DNA of 64,000 nucleotides. It comes from an uncultured Gemmatimonadales bacterium (GTDB lineage Bacteria; Gemmatimonadota; Gemmatimonadetes; Gemmatimonadales; GWC2-71-9). The notes under the pieces were generated by a model. That model ran no database searches. It was not told the DNA's origin and saw only the letters and a program-made list of their open reading frames with translations. The stretch spans positions 1-64,000 of the forward strand of contig CAWHFW010000006.1 in NCBI GenBank assembly GCA_963828735.1, written 5' to 3'. Each line of letters begins with the position of its first letter. Within the stretch, counting starts at the first letter, position 1. This document shows, in pieces, positions 32,065 through 41,505 of the stretch. The position numbers and the translations under genes were made by a program.

Positions 32065-33901
32065 TCACACCTCGGCCACGAGCACGGGCTCCTGATCGCG
32101 AAATTGGAGATCGTACAGCCGCCGATACAGTCCCCCCGCCCGGAAGAGCTGGTCGTGCGTCCCGCGCTGGACGATCCGGCCGGCCTCGAGCACGACGATC
32201 TCGTCGGCGTCTCGCACGGTGGCCAGCCGGTGAGCGATGACGAGCACGGTGCGGTCGGCCATCAGCCGGTCGATCGCCTGCTGCACCAGCCGCTCCGACT
32301 CGGTGTCGAGCGCGCTCGTGGCCTCGTCGAGGATGAGGATCGGCGGGTCGCGAAGCAGGGCCCGGGCGATCGCGATCCGTTGCCGCTGGCCGCCCGAGAG
32401 CCGGGTGCCGCGCTCGCCCAGCATCGTCTCGTACCCATACGGGAGCTGTGCGATGAAGAGGTCGGCGTTCGCCGCCCGGGCGGCGGCCTCCACCTGGGCC
32501 CGCGTGGCCCGCGCGGAGCCGTAGGCGATGTTGGCCTGCACCGTATCGTTGAGCAGCACGGTGTCCTGGCTCACGACCCCCATGAGCGCTCGGAGCGACC
32601 GGCGAGTGAGCCGGGTGAGCGGGACACCGTCCATCAGGATCGCGCCCGTCGGTCGGATCGTGGAAGCGAGGCAGCAGGTCCGCGAGGGTCGTCTTGCCCG
32701 CCCCGCTCGGCCCGACCAGCGCGACCACCTTGCCCTTGGGGAGCGAGAACGACACCTCGCTCAAGCACCGGGTCGCCCTGCCCGTAGCGGAACGAGACGC
32801 GGTCGAAGACGATGCCTCGCTCGAACTTCGCCTCGCCCTCGCCGGGCCGGTCCACCTCGGCGCTCGGCTCGTCCAGGATCTCGAACACCCGTTCGGCGCT
32901 CGCCATGCGTCACCGCCATGACTGCGGGATAGGAGCTGATCGTCTTGAGAGGCGAGGTGAGCTTGAGGGCGGCCATCAGGAACACGATGATCGCCTCGGG
33001 CGCGAGCGACCCGCCCATGCCGATCAGCGAGGGCCTGGTGCCCGCCCAGATGATGAGGATGACCAGGAACCCCGAGAAGACCTCGGTGAGCGGGCTGGTG
33101 AGCGACGAGAACCGCTGGGTGCGGACGACCTGCTTGCGGTACCGGCTCGCCTGGGAGGCGAAGCGGGCGCCCTCCCGGGCTTCCTCCCCGTAGGCCCGGA
33201 TGAGCCGGACCGCCCCGATCCGCTCGGTGATCGTGGAGGTGACCTCGCCGCGCTCGCGGGCGCGGGCGCGCGAGTGCCGGCGCAGGCGCTTGAGGAGGGT
33301 CTGGAGCAGGTAGACCATCGCCGGCACGCACGCGAGCGTGAGCAGCGTCAGCCGGAGGGAGATCTGGCTCAGGACCACGAGCGTCGTCGCCACGATCACG
33401 AGGTTCTGGAACAGCGAAAGCAGCGAGGCGGTGATGACCGTCTTGGTCTGATCCACCTCCGTGATGATGCCCGAGATGAGCGCGCCCGCGCGCGTCCGCT
33501 GGAAGTAGCCCAGATCGAGGGTCAGCAGGTGATCGAAGATGCGGGTGCGAAGGTCCCGCACCAGGCTTTCCTGCACGCCAACCGAGATCTGGCTCGAGGC
33601 GTAGCTCAGCGCGTTCTTGATGAGCAGGCCCACCGCAAGCAGCACCACCAGGCGTCCGGCCGCATGCCCCGGCGAGAGCCCCACCACGAGCGGGTCGGTG
33701 AGGCGGGTGACGAAGTTCTCGAGCTGGGAGGAGCCGGCGTGGAGCTGGCCGCTCGTGCCGAAGAGGTGCTTGAGCAGGGGAATCAGGATGACCAGCGTGA
33801 ACCCGTCGAGCAGGGAGGCCAGGAACGTGGTGAGCAGCCCCAGCGCGAGGAGCCCGCGGTAGGGGCGCGACCATCCGGAGCAGCCGGAGCTCGGGGCGCA
33901 C
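32065..33901 (-). CDS. msbA: MsbA-like ABC exporter (TMD + NBD), several indels
   Basis: [34 protein letters not shown]-terminal TM domain; lies in an LPS cluster. Confidence 0.85.
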
Positions 33902-33903
33902 GG

Positions 33904-35469
33904 CTATCCGTGGCGCGGGGTCAGGAGCGCGATCGGCAGAATCACCTCCTCCGGCGACACGCCACCATGCAGGAACGCGCCGCGATAGCGCGCCTGATAC
34001 TCCCGCAGCTTCGTCGGGTACACGAAGAAGCGATCGCCCGTGGCCAGCAGCAGCCGGGTGCCGGGCCCGCGGGCGGGCAGCCCGAAGCTCGGCAGGTCGT
34101 CCACGACCAGGGCGGCGTCGGCATCCTGCGCCCGCAGGTCGTCGCCGAACTTGTAGCGCAGGTTCGAGGTGGTGTCGCGCTTGGCGTAGACCGTCGCCGG
34201 CGTGTGGCAGTGGATCGACCCGTGGTCCGTCGTGAGCAGGACCGGGACCCCGCGCCGCTCCGCCTCCCGCAACGCGTCCCAGAGCGGCGATCGCTCGAAC
34301 CAGGTGCGTGTCAGATTCCGCAAGGCCGACGTGTCGCGCGCCACCTCGTACAGGGTGGAGTTCTCGGTGCGGCCGTGGGTCAGCTGGTCGATGAAGTTGA
34401 AGACGAGCGCCGTCACGCCGTCCTGCGCCAGGTGCGCGGGCAGGCGCTTGAGCAGGCCGTCGCCGTCGGCGGCCGTGAAGACTTTCTCGTAATGCACCGG
34501 CACGTTCCGCCCGGTGAGCTCCTTGAGCTGCTCGCTCAGGAGCTCGGCCTCGTGGGCGTTGAGGCTCGACTCCTCGTTGTCGGTCCACCACTGCGGGTAG
34601 CGCGCCTTGATCTCCGCCGGAAAGAGGCCGCTGAAGATGGCGTTCCGCGCGAACGGCGTGGCCGTCGGCAGAATCGAGAAGTAGTGGGCCGTCTCGATGT
34701 CGAACCGCGCGCTGATGAGCGGGCGGATCATCGCCCACTGGTCCAGGCGGAGACAGTCCACCACCACCAGCAGCGCCTTCCGGTGGAGGTCGAGCACCGG
34801 CCGGAGGAACTCGGCGCCGATGTCGACCGAAAGCGGCGGGCGGTCGCTCTCGCCGTCGTGGAGCCAGCCAGCGTAGTTCCGCTGGAGGTAGCGCGCGAAG
34901 TCCTGCCGCAGGCTCTCCTGCAGGGTGCGGAGGGCGTCCTGCAGGCCCGGCTCGTCCGCCTGGCCCAGGCGCACCTCCCACTCGGCGAGCTCGGCCACGA
35001 GCTCCACCCATTCGCGCCAGGCCAGCGGCCCGGCCCGGCGGGCCTCGAGCTCGCGGAAGCGGGTGGCGAAGTCGCGCGAGAGGCGCTGCTGCCGGATGCG
35101 GTCGCCGTCGAGCAACCGGGTCACGACCGACAGGATCTGGCGCGGGTTCACCGGCTTGATGAGGTAGTCCGAGATGTCGGCCCCGATGGCGTCCTTGAGG
35201 GTCTCGGTCTCCTCGCTCTTGGTGACCATCACCACGGGCATGCCATGGTCGATGGCCCGGATGGCGCGGAACAGGTCGAGGCCCCGGCGGCCGGGCATCT
35301 GCTCGTCGAGCAGCACGACGCCGTACGGCTGCCGCTGGAGCAGCACGAGGGCGTCGTCACCGTGGGTCGTGGTCTCCACGGCAAAGCCCTGCTCTTCCAA
35401 AAAGAGAACATGGGACGTGAGGCTTTCCACCTCGTCGTCCACCCAGAGGATGCTCTTGGGACGCGGCAT
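33904..35469 (-). CDS. porX: PorX-like response regulator (receiver + PglZ alkaline-phosphatase-fold domain)
   Basis: [29 protein letters not shown]; PglZ motifs [47 protein letters not shown]. Confidence 0.9.
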   Translation of the reverse strand: MPRPKSILWVDDEVESLTSHVLFLEEQGFAVETTTHGDDALVLLQRQPYGVVLLDEQMPGRRGLDLFRAIRAIDHGMPVVMVTKSEETETLKDAIGADISDYLIKPVNPRQILSVVTRLLDGDRIRQQRLSRDFATRFRELEARRAGPLAWREWVELVAELAEWEVRLGQADEPGLQDALRTLQESLRQDFARYLQRNYAGWLHDGESDRPPLSVDIGAEFLRPVLDLHRKALLVVVDCLRLDQWAMIRPLISARFDIETAHYFSILPTATPFARNAIFSGLFPAEIKARYPQWWTDNEESSLNAHEAELLSEQLKELTGRNVPVHYEKVFTAADGDGLLKRLPAHLAQDGVTALVFNFIDQLTHGRTENSTLYEVARDTSALRNLTRTWFERSPLWDALREAERRGVPVLLTTDHGSIHCHTPATVYAKRDTTSNLRYKFGDDLRAQDADAALVVDDLPSFGLPARGPGTRLLLATGDRFFVYPTKLREYQARYRGAFLHGGVSPEEVILPIALLTPRHG

Positions 35470-35547
35470 GGGCTAAATATACAGGGGGGCGCGGAGGAGG
35501 CTCATGGCGTCCTTTCCGTCTCCCTTTTCCCACCGTACATTCCCGCC

Positions 35548-36573
35548 GTGCCGTACAATATTTTCCTCTCCCCCGACATTCTCGTAGTGCGGTTCGGCTC
35601 GATCGGTGACATCCTGCTGACGACTCCGCTCCTGCGGGCCATCCGGACGAAGTGGCCCGGGGCGCGGGTTACGTTTCTCACGAAGCGGCAATACGTGCCG
35701 CTCGTGAGCGACAACCCGAACGTCACCGAGGCGTTCGGCATCGCGCCGCAGGACACCGCCCGCAGCGTCGCCGCGCAGATCCGTACGGTGGCGTATACGC
35801 ACCTGCTCGATCTGCAGGGCGGCCTCCGCACCGCGGCCCTCAGGGCTCTGACCCGTCGCCCATGGTTCGGCTATTCGCACCGGCGGCTGGCGCGCGAGCT
35901 GCTTATCCGCTTCAAGTACAACACCTACACGGAGCACGTGCCGGTCGCCGAGCGCTACTTCGAGGCCGCGAGCGACCTCAACGTGGAGCCGGACGGCGGC
36001 CCGCCCGAGTTCTTCATCAATCCCATCGCGGAAGAGAAGGCGGCGGCGTGGCTCCAGCGCGCCGGCGTCGGCACCAAGCGTCCGTTCGTGACGATCGCTC
36101 CCGGCGCGGCGCACGCCACCAAGCGATGGCCCGTCCAGCACTGGATCAAGCTGGTCCGCCAGATCGCGGGCACTGGAGCGGACATCGTCGCCCTCGGCGG
36201 CCCGGAGGACTCGGCGATGGGCGCGGAGATCGCGGCGCGGGGCGGCGCCCAGGTGGCGAGCGCCGCCGGCGACCTGAGCCTGCAGGAGACCGGCGCCATG
36301 CTGAAGCGCGCCGCGGCGCTCATCTCGGGCGATACCGGAGTCATGCACATGGCCACCGGCGTCGGCATTCCCGTGGTCGCCCTGTTCGGACCGACGGTCA
36401 GGCAGTTCGGCTTCTTTCCGTACAATGCCCACGCGAGCGTGGTCGAGCGGAACCTCGAGTGCCGCCCCTGCAGCAGCCACGGGAGCGACGCGTGCCCGCT
36501 CCAGCACCACCTGTGCATGCGGGAGATCCAGCCCGACATGGTCTTCGCGACCCTGACGCGGACGCTGGCGTGA
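35548..36573 (+). CDS. waaF: LPS heptosyltransferase II (GT9)
   Basis: VRFGSIGDILLTTP, APGAAHATKRWP, GDTGVMHMA, ALFGPT, C-terminal Cys cluster. Confidence 0.9.
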   Translation: MPYNIFLSPDILVVRFGSIGDILLTTPLLRAIRTKWPGARVTFLTKRQYVPLVSDNPNVTEAFGIAPQDTARSVAAQIRTVAYTHLLDLQGGLRTAALRALTRRPWFGYSHRRLARELLIRFKYNTYTEHVPVAERYFEAASDLNVEPDGGPPEFFINPIAEEKAAAWLQRAGVGTKRPFVTIAPGAAHATKRWPVQHWIKLVRQIAGTGADIVALGGPEDSAMGAEIAARGGAQVASAAGDLSLQETGAMLKRAAALISGDTGVMHMATGVGIPVVALFGPTVRQFGFFPYNAHASVVERNLECRPCSSHGSDACPLQHHLCMREIQPDMVFATLTRTLA

Positions 36574-36956
36574 GCGGGTGGGATCCCGCCGCGACGGCGC
36601 TCCTCGGCGTTCTGCCGCAGACGGCGCGCGGGCCGCGGCGGGAGGGGATCTTCGCGCTCTGGCTCACCGTCCGGGTCGCGCAGGACCTGCTGCGTGACCC
36701 TCCCCCGCCCGATCGCGCCCATCGCCGGCGGCTCCAGGCGCTCGAGCACCGGCTCTCGAGCCTGACGTTGCCCCCGCCACTCCGGCGCGCACTGGTCGCC
36801 GCGATCAGCCAGCTCAAGGATGGCCGCCCCGAGACAGCGGCGCAGGTGCTGAGCCAGCTCGTGGCACCCGCGCGCGAGGCCGGAGGCGCGGAGGCCGGCG
36901 AGGCGCTCGCGCAGGCAGTCCGCGCCGCGCGCGCGGCGGTCCGCGCCGAGCGGTAG
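36570..36956 (+). CDS. Hypothetical helical protein (128 aa)
   Basis: GTGA overlap with waaF; ends 2 nt before the next ATG; MSGWDPAATALL... Confidence 0.7.
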   Translation: MSGWDPAATALLGVLPQTARGPRREGIFALWLTVRVAQDLLRDPPPPDRAHRRRLQALEHRLSSLTLPPPLRRALVAAISQLKDGRPETAAQVLSQLVAPAREAGGAEAGEALAQAVRAARAAVRAER

Positions 36957-36958
36957 CG

Positions 36959-37813
36959 ATGCGGCCGACGCCGGAGAACGCGCTCGAGGCCCTGGTCGAG
37001 CGAATCGACGCGGTAGCACCGGGTGGGACCGCCCCGGACACCGTGCCGAGCGGCTTCCCCTCCCTCGATCGCAGGCTGGGCGGCGGATTCCGCCGGCAGG
37101 ACTTGATCGTCCTCGCCGGCGACGTGGGGAGCGGGAAATCGGCGCTTGGCCTCGCGATCGCGATGCGAGCGGCGCGCTCGGGGTCGGCAACGCTGATCCT
37201 CTCGGGCGAGATGAGCCCGGAGCGGGTCCTCGAACGCGCGCTGGCCATGGAGGGAGGCGTCCCGATCGATGACCTGCGTCAGGGCCGGCTCGACGCCACG
37301 GCCCGCGCGGCAGTGGGCGCCGCGGCGGTGCGCCTGCGGGACGCTCCGCTGCTGCTGCGGCCGCTCGCGGGCGAGCGGTTCGAGGAGGTCACCGCCTCGC
37401 TCGACCAGGTGCCGGGCCGCGCCTTGCTCGTGGTGGATTCGCTCCAGCTCACCCCGTCACCGCGGCCGGCGGGGCGCCTGAACGAACGGGTGGCGCTGGC
37501 GGTGCGCGCGCTCAAGGCCCTCGCGATCGAGCGCAACCTGGCCGTGCTCGCGCTGGCGCAGTTGCCGGCACTCCGAAGCGACCGGGGAGATCCCCGGCCC
37601 ACGCTCGACGACCTCGGCGCGCTCGGCGTGATCAAGCAGTGCGCGGATGTGGTGTTGGCGATCTATCGGGAGGAGATGTACCGGTCGGCCCAGGGCGTGG
37701 AAGGGGCAACCGAGCTGATCGTGGCGAAGAACCGGAACGGGGCGACCGGCTTCGTCGATCTCTATTTCAGGCCCCGCATCCTCCGCTTCGAGGACATGCT
37801 GGACCCGGAGTGA
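36959..37813 (+). CDS. DnaB-like helicase, C-terminal RecA domain only
   Basis: SGFPSLDRRLGGGF, AGDVGSGKS, SGEMS, VVDSLQL, ADVVLAIYR, ELIVAKNRNG; 284 aa with no N-terminal domain. Confidence 0.9.
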   Translation: MRPTPENALEALVERIDAVAPGGTAPDTVPSGFPSLDRRLGGGFRRQDLIVLAGDVGSGKSALGLAIAMRAARSGSATLILSGEMSPERVLERALAMEGGVPIDDLRQGRLDATARAAVGAAAVRLRDAPLLLRPLAGERFEEVTASLDQVPGRALLVVDSLQLTPSPRPAGRLNERVALAVRALKALAIERNLAVLALAQLPALRSDRGDPRPTLDDLGALGVIKQCADVVLAIYREEMYRSAQGVEGATELIVAKNRNGATGFVDLYFRPRILRFEDMLDPE

Positions 37814-37838
37814 TTTCGGCGCATCAAGGGCACGACAC

Positions 37839-37866
37839 AGGGGGCATGCGCTCGCGCATGCCCCCT
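37839..37866. terminator. 12-bp stem hairpin between convergent genes
   Basis: agggggcatgcg-ctcg-cgcatgccccct. Confidence 0.65.
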
Positions 37867-37895
37867 CTCGCAACTCCCGCCCGTGCCGCGCCCGA

Positions 37896-38309
37896 CTACG
37901 AGGTCGCCTTGGCCACCGCGCTGTCGGTCCGGCTCAGGATGGCACCCGAAAGCTGCACCAGGGTGCCGTGTCCGTCCTCGGCCTGCTCAATCCGGACCCA
38001 CAAGGGCGGCCCCTTCTGTTCGGCGAGGAGCACCGTCGCGCCGTCCTTGTCCTTCGCATCGTTCACCAGCTTCCAGCCGCCGGTCCTGAGGATCCGGCGA
38101 TAGTAGGCCGTCACGGCCTCCACGCCAGCCGGCGTCCGGACGGTCACCTGGATCACATCAGGCCCACCCGACCGGGTGACGAAGCTCGCGTCCGGCGGCA
38201 ACGGGAGATTCGGGAGCGCATCGCTCATCTTGGCGATCGTGGGGCGCTTGTCGCCGCAGGCGGCGAGCGCGGCGCAGAGCAGCAGCACGCGGATTTTCGA
38301 GGGGATCAT
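37896..38309 (-). CDS. Hypothetical lipoprotein
   Basis: Signal peptide with lipobox LAAC. Confidence 0.75.
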   Translation of the reverse strand: MIPSKIRVLLLCAALAACGDKRPTIAKMSDALPNLPLPPDASFVTRSGGPDVIQVTVRTPAGVEAVTAYYRRILRTGGWKLVNDAKDKDGATVLLAEQKGPPLWVRIEQAEDGHGTLVQLSGAILSRTDSAVAKATS

Positions 38310-38423
38310 AGGCGGGGGAGACTAGCGGCAGGTGCACTCCGGGTCAAGCCCGGCGGTTTGCCGCAAACGGCTGTCGCGCTTATGTTTCGGCCCATCAACC
38401 CCGCCCGCATCAAGGAGTTGGCC

Positions 38424-39173
38424 ATGGCCGGCCACAGCAAGTGGAAGCAGATCAAGCGGAAGAAGGCCGTCACCGATTCCCGCCGCGCCTCCGCCTGGAC
38501 CAAGATCATCCGTGAGATCACCGTCGCGGCCCGTGCAGGCGGAGGAGATCCGGCCGGCAACCCCCGCCTCCGCTTGGCCGTGGACGACGCGCGCGCGGTG
38601 AACATGCCCAAGGAAAACATCGAGCGCGCCATCAAGAAGGGCACCGGCGAGCTCGAGGGCGAGGCCTACCAGGAGCTGACGTACGAGGGGTACGGACCCG
38701 GGGGCGCGGCGATCTTCATCGAAGCTACGACGGACAATCCCAACCGCACCGTCGCCGAGATCCGGCACGCCTTCAGCCGCAACGGCGGGAACCTCGGCGC
38801 CACCAACTCGGTCGCCTGGATGTTCGACCGGAAGGGACAGATCTACCTCGAGGCCGCCAAGTACGACGAGGAGTCCACGCTGGAAGCGGCGCTCGAGGCA
38901 GGCGCCGAAGACTTCGCTCGCGAGGGGGACCAGTACCTCGTGACCACCGCACCGGCGACGTTCCACGCCGTCCAGGAGGCGCTCAAGGGGAAGCGGTTCG
39001 CGATCGAGTCCGCGGAGCTCACGATGGTGCCCAAGAACACCGTCAAGGTGGAAGGTCCCGACGCCGAGCGCATTCTCAAGTTGATGGAAGTGCTCGAAGA
39101 GCTGGACGACGTCTCCCGAGTCTCCTCGAACTTCGACATCGACGCCGCCCAGCTGGCGGAGGCCGAGGCCTGA
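38424..39173 (+). CDS. yebC: YebC/PmpR family protein
   Basis: MAGHSKW, YEGYGPGG, TDNPNRT; AAGGAG RBS. Confidence 0.97.
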   Translation: MAGHSKWKQIKRKKAVTDSRRASAWTKIIREITVAARAGGGDPAGNPRLRLAVDDARAVNMPKENIERAIKKGTGELEGEAYQELTYEGYGPGGAAIFIEATTDNPNRTVAEIRHAFSRNGGNLGATNSVAWMFDRKGQIYLEAAKYDEESTLEAALEAGAEDFAREGDQYLVTTAPATFHAVQEALKGKRFAIESAELTMVPKNTVKVEGPDAERILKLMEVLEELDDVSRVSSNFDIDAAQLAEAEA

Positions 39174-39183
39174 GAGCTCGCCG

Positions 39184-39696
39184 GTGAAGGTGCTCGGCAT
39201 CGACCCGGGGACGGCCGTCCTCGGGTACGGCGTTGTGGAGAGCGGCACCGGAACCCATCCGCGATTGCTGGAATGCGGCACGCTCACGACGGCCGCCCGG
39301 GATTCCCTTCCTGCCCGCCTGCGGGTGATCCATGACGGCACCGCGGCACTGCTCGCCCGCCACGCGCCCGACGCCGTGGCGGTGGAAAGTGCGTTCTACG
39401 CGAAGAACGTGCGGACCACGGTCGTCCTGAGCCATGCGCGCGGCGTCATTCTTCTGGCGGCGGAGCAGGCCGGCGTCGCGATCGCGGAGTACTCGCCGGC
39501 GCAGGTGAAGAAGACCGTGGTGGGCCGGGGTGCCGCGCTCAAGTCGCAGGTGGCGTACATGGTGGCGCAGCTACTACGACTGCGCACCCCGCCCACGCCC
39601 GCGGACGCGGCGGACGGCGTGGCAGTGGCGTTGACCCACGTCCTCATCGCCGGCCGCCGGTCCGCATTCTTTCGCCAGATGACGGGGACCCGGTGA
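39184..39696 (+). CDS. ruvC: Holliday junction resolvase
   Basis: LGIDPG, AVES, DAADG. Confidence 0.96.
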   Translation: MKVLGIDPGTAVLGYGVVESGTGTHPRLLECGTLTTAARDSLPARLRVIHDGTAALLARHAPDAVAVESAFYAKNVRTTVVLSHARGVILLAAEQAGVAIAEYSPAQVKKTVVGRGAALKSQVAYMVAQLLRLRTPPTPADAADGVAVALTHVLIAGRRSAFFRQMTGTR

Positions 39697-40292
39697 TCGC
39701 GCGAGTGACCGGCGTGTTGGTCGAGCGGGCGGGCGACGGGCTCGTGATCGAGACCGATGGCGGCGTGGGATACGCTTTGACCGTCCCGACGGGCGTGGCG
39801 GAGCGGCTGCCGGCCACCGGGGCGCGGGTGAGCCTTTTCACCGAGCTCGTGGTGAAGGAAGACGGGTGGGCCCTGTTCGGGTTCGACCGCGCGATGGAGC
39901 GGATGGTGTTCCGGCGGCTGCTCGACGCAAGCGGGTTCGGGCCCAAGCTCGCCCTCGCCATGCTCTCGGCGCTGGGGCCGGAGCGGACGGTGCGGAGCAT
40001 CCTCGCGCGCGACCTCACCGCGCTCAGCTCCGTGAGCGGCGTGGGACGCAAGAAGGCCGAGCGCCTCGTGCTCGAGCTGCAGGACAAGTTCGGCGACGTC
40101 TCGCTCCAGAGCCCGGCGCCGCGCGCGGCCGGAACCGAGGGTGCCGTGCAGGCCCTGGTGGGACTAGGCTACGGCCCGGGCGCCGCGGACGAGGCCGTGC
40201 GGGCCGCGTTGGCGGACGGCGCGCCGTCGGAAACCTCGCAACTGATCCGCCTGGCGCTTCAGCGCCTCGCCACCGCCCGGGGAGGGCGCTGA
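39693..40292 (+). CDS. ruvA: Holliday junction branch migration protein
   Basis: GVGY, LFGF, HhH motifs GFGPKLA and [10 protein letters not shown]. Confidence 0.96.
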   Translation: MIARVTGVLVERAGDGLVIETDGGVGYALTVPTGVAERLPATGARVSLFTELVVKEDGWALFGFDRAMERMVFRRLLDASGFGPKLALAMLSALGPERTVRSILARDLTALSSVSGVGRKKAERLVLELQDKFGDVSLQSPAPRAAGTEGAVQALVGLGYGPGAADEAVRAALADGAPSETSQLIRLALQRLATARGGR

Positions 40293-40297
40293 CCGTG

Positions 40298-40480
40298 ATG
40301 AGCGTGCCAGCCGTGACCGCCGAATGGAACTGTACCCGCTGCGGCACCACCAACCGGAAACTGGTGCCGGCCGACGCGACGAGCGCCCGGGACCGCTGCA
40401 ATCATTGCCGCGCGTGGCACATCGTGACCCCTGGCGAGCGGCCGGTCCGATGGAACGCGCAGCTCGACGACGGATCATGA
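40298..40480 (+). CDS. Small zinc-ribbon protein (60 aa)
   Basis: [43 protein letters not shown]...; fills the ruvA-ruvB gap; ATGA overlap with ruvB. Confidence 0.8.
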   Translation: MSVPAVTAEWNCTRCGTTNRKLVPADATSARDRCNHCRAWHIVTPGERPVRWNAQLDDGS

Positions 40481-41505
40481 ACAAGCTCCAGGTCACCACT
40501 CCCGACGCTCTGCCCGAAGAGACGGGCGCGGACGCGGCGCTCCGGCCGTCGCGGCTGGACGAATTCATCGGGCAGGCGCAGGTGAAGAGCTCGCTCCAGA
40601 TCGCGATCGACGCCGCGAAGGGCCGCCGCGAGACGCTGGACCATACGCTCTTCTTCGGGCCGCCGGGCCTCGGCAAGACCACGCTCGCCATGCTGATGGC
40701 GCGCGAGATGGGCGTCCAGCTCCGCACCACCTCGGGCCCGGTGCTCGAGAAGCCGGGCGACCTCGTGGGCATGCTCACCTCGCTCGGCCCGGGTGACATG
40801 CTGTTCATCGACGAGATCCACCGGATGAAGCCGGCCCTCGAGGAGTTTCTCTACCCAGCGATGGAAGACTTTCGCGTGGATGTGCGCATCGCCGAAGGAC
40901 CGCACGCGCAGACGATCCCGATGGCGCTCGAGCGCTTCACGCTGGTCGGCGCGACCACGCGCTTCGGCCTCCTGACGCCGCCCATGCGCGCCCGCTTTGG
41001 TCTGGTGGAGCGGCTCGGGTTCTATCCAGCGGACGAGCTGCAGCAAATCGTCGTTCGCTCGGCGTCCATCCTCCAGGTGCCCATCGACGACGCGGGCGCT
41101 TCGGAGATCGCGCGGCGAAGCCGGGGCACACCGCGGGTGGCCAACCGGCTCCTCCGCCGGGTCCGCGACTACGCCCAGGTGAAGGCCGACGGTCGCGTGA
41201 CGGTCGCGGTCGCGGGCGAGGCGCTGAGCCGGCTCAACGTGGACGAGTTCGGCCTGGACGACATGGACGCGCGGATTCTCACCACCATCATCGAGAAGTT
41301 CGGCGGCGGACCGGTCGGGCTCGGCACGGTGGCGGTGGCGGTCGGCGAGGATGCCGGCACGCTGCAGGACGTCTACGAACCGTTCCTCATTCAACAGGGC
41401 TTCCTCGAGCGCACGCCACGCGGCCGCTGCGCCACGGCGCTCGCGTACCGCCGTTTCGGCCTCACCCCGCCGCCCGCCGCGCAGGCCACGATCTTTGACG
41501 GCTGA
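40477..41505 (+). CDS. ruvB: Holliday junction DNA helicase
   Basis: [35 protein letters not shown]. Confidence 0.98.
   Translation: MNKLQVTTPDALPEETGADAALRPSRLDEFIGQAQVKSSLQIAIDAAKGRRETLDHTLFFGPPGLGKTTLAMLMAREMGVQLRTTSGPVLEKPGDLVGMLTSLGPGDMLFIDEIHRMKPALEEFLYPAMEDFRVDVRIAEGPHAQTIPMALERFTLVGATTRFGLLTPPMRARFGLVERLGFYPADELQQIVVRSASILQVPIDDAGASEIARRSRGTPRVANRLLRRVRDYAQVKADGRVTVAVAGEALSRLNVDEFGLDDMDARILTTIIEKFGGGPVGLGTVAVAVGEDAGTLQDVYEPFLIQQGFLERTPRGRCATALAYRRFGLTPPPAAQATIFDG

Noticed and set aside
32045..35011. 988-aa ORF on the - strand
   Set aside because: Off-frame readthrough of porX and the frameshifted msbA-like gene; only its Walker A stretch is real coding sequence.
33904..35469. BREX defence system suggested by the PglZ domain
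   Set aside because: PglZ is fused to a receiver domain (PorX type), and no brxC, pglX or brxL genes are present.
32812..35547. Long N-terminal extension of the 1253-aa ORF ending in waaF
   Set aside because: Antisense to msbA-like and porX; the GT9 sequence starts at GTG 35548, behind its own -10 box.
36959..37813. Prophage replication module or the main replicative dnaB
   Set aside because: No phage genes or integrase nearby, and the protein lacks the N-terminal domain required of a replicative DnaB.
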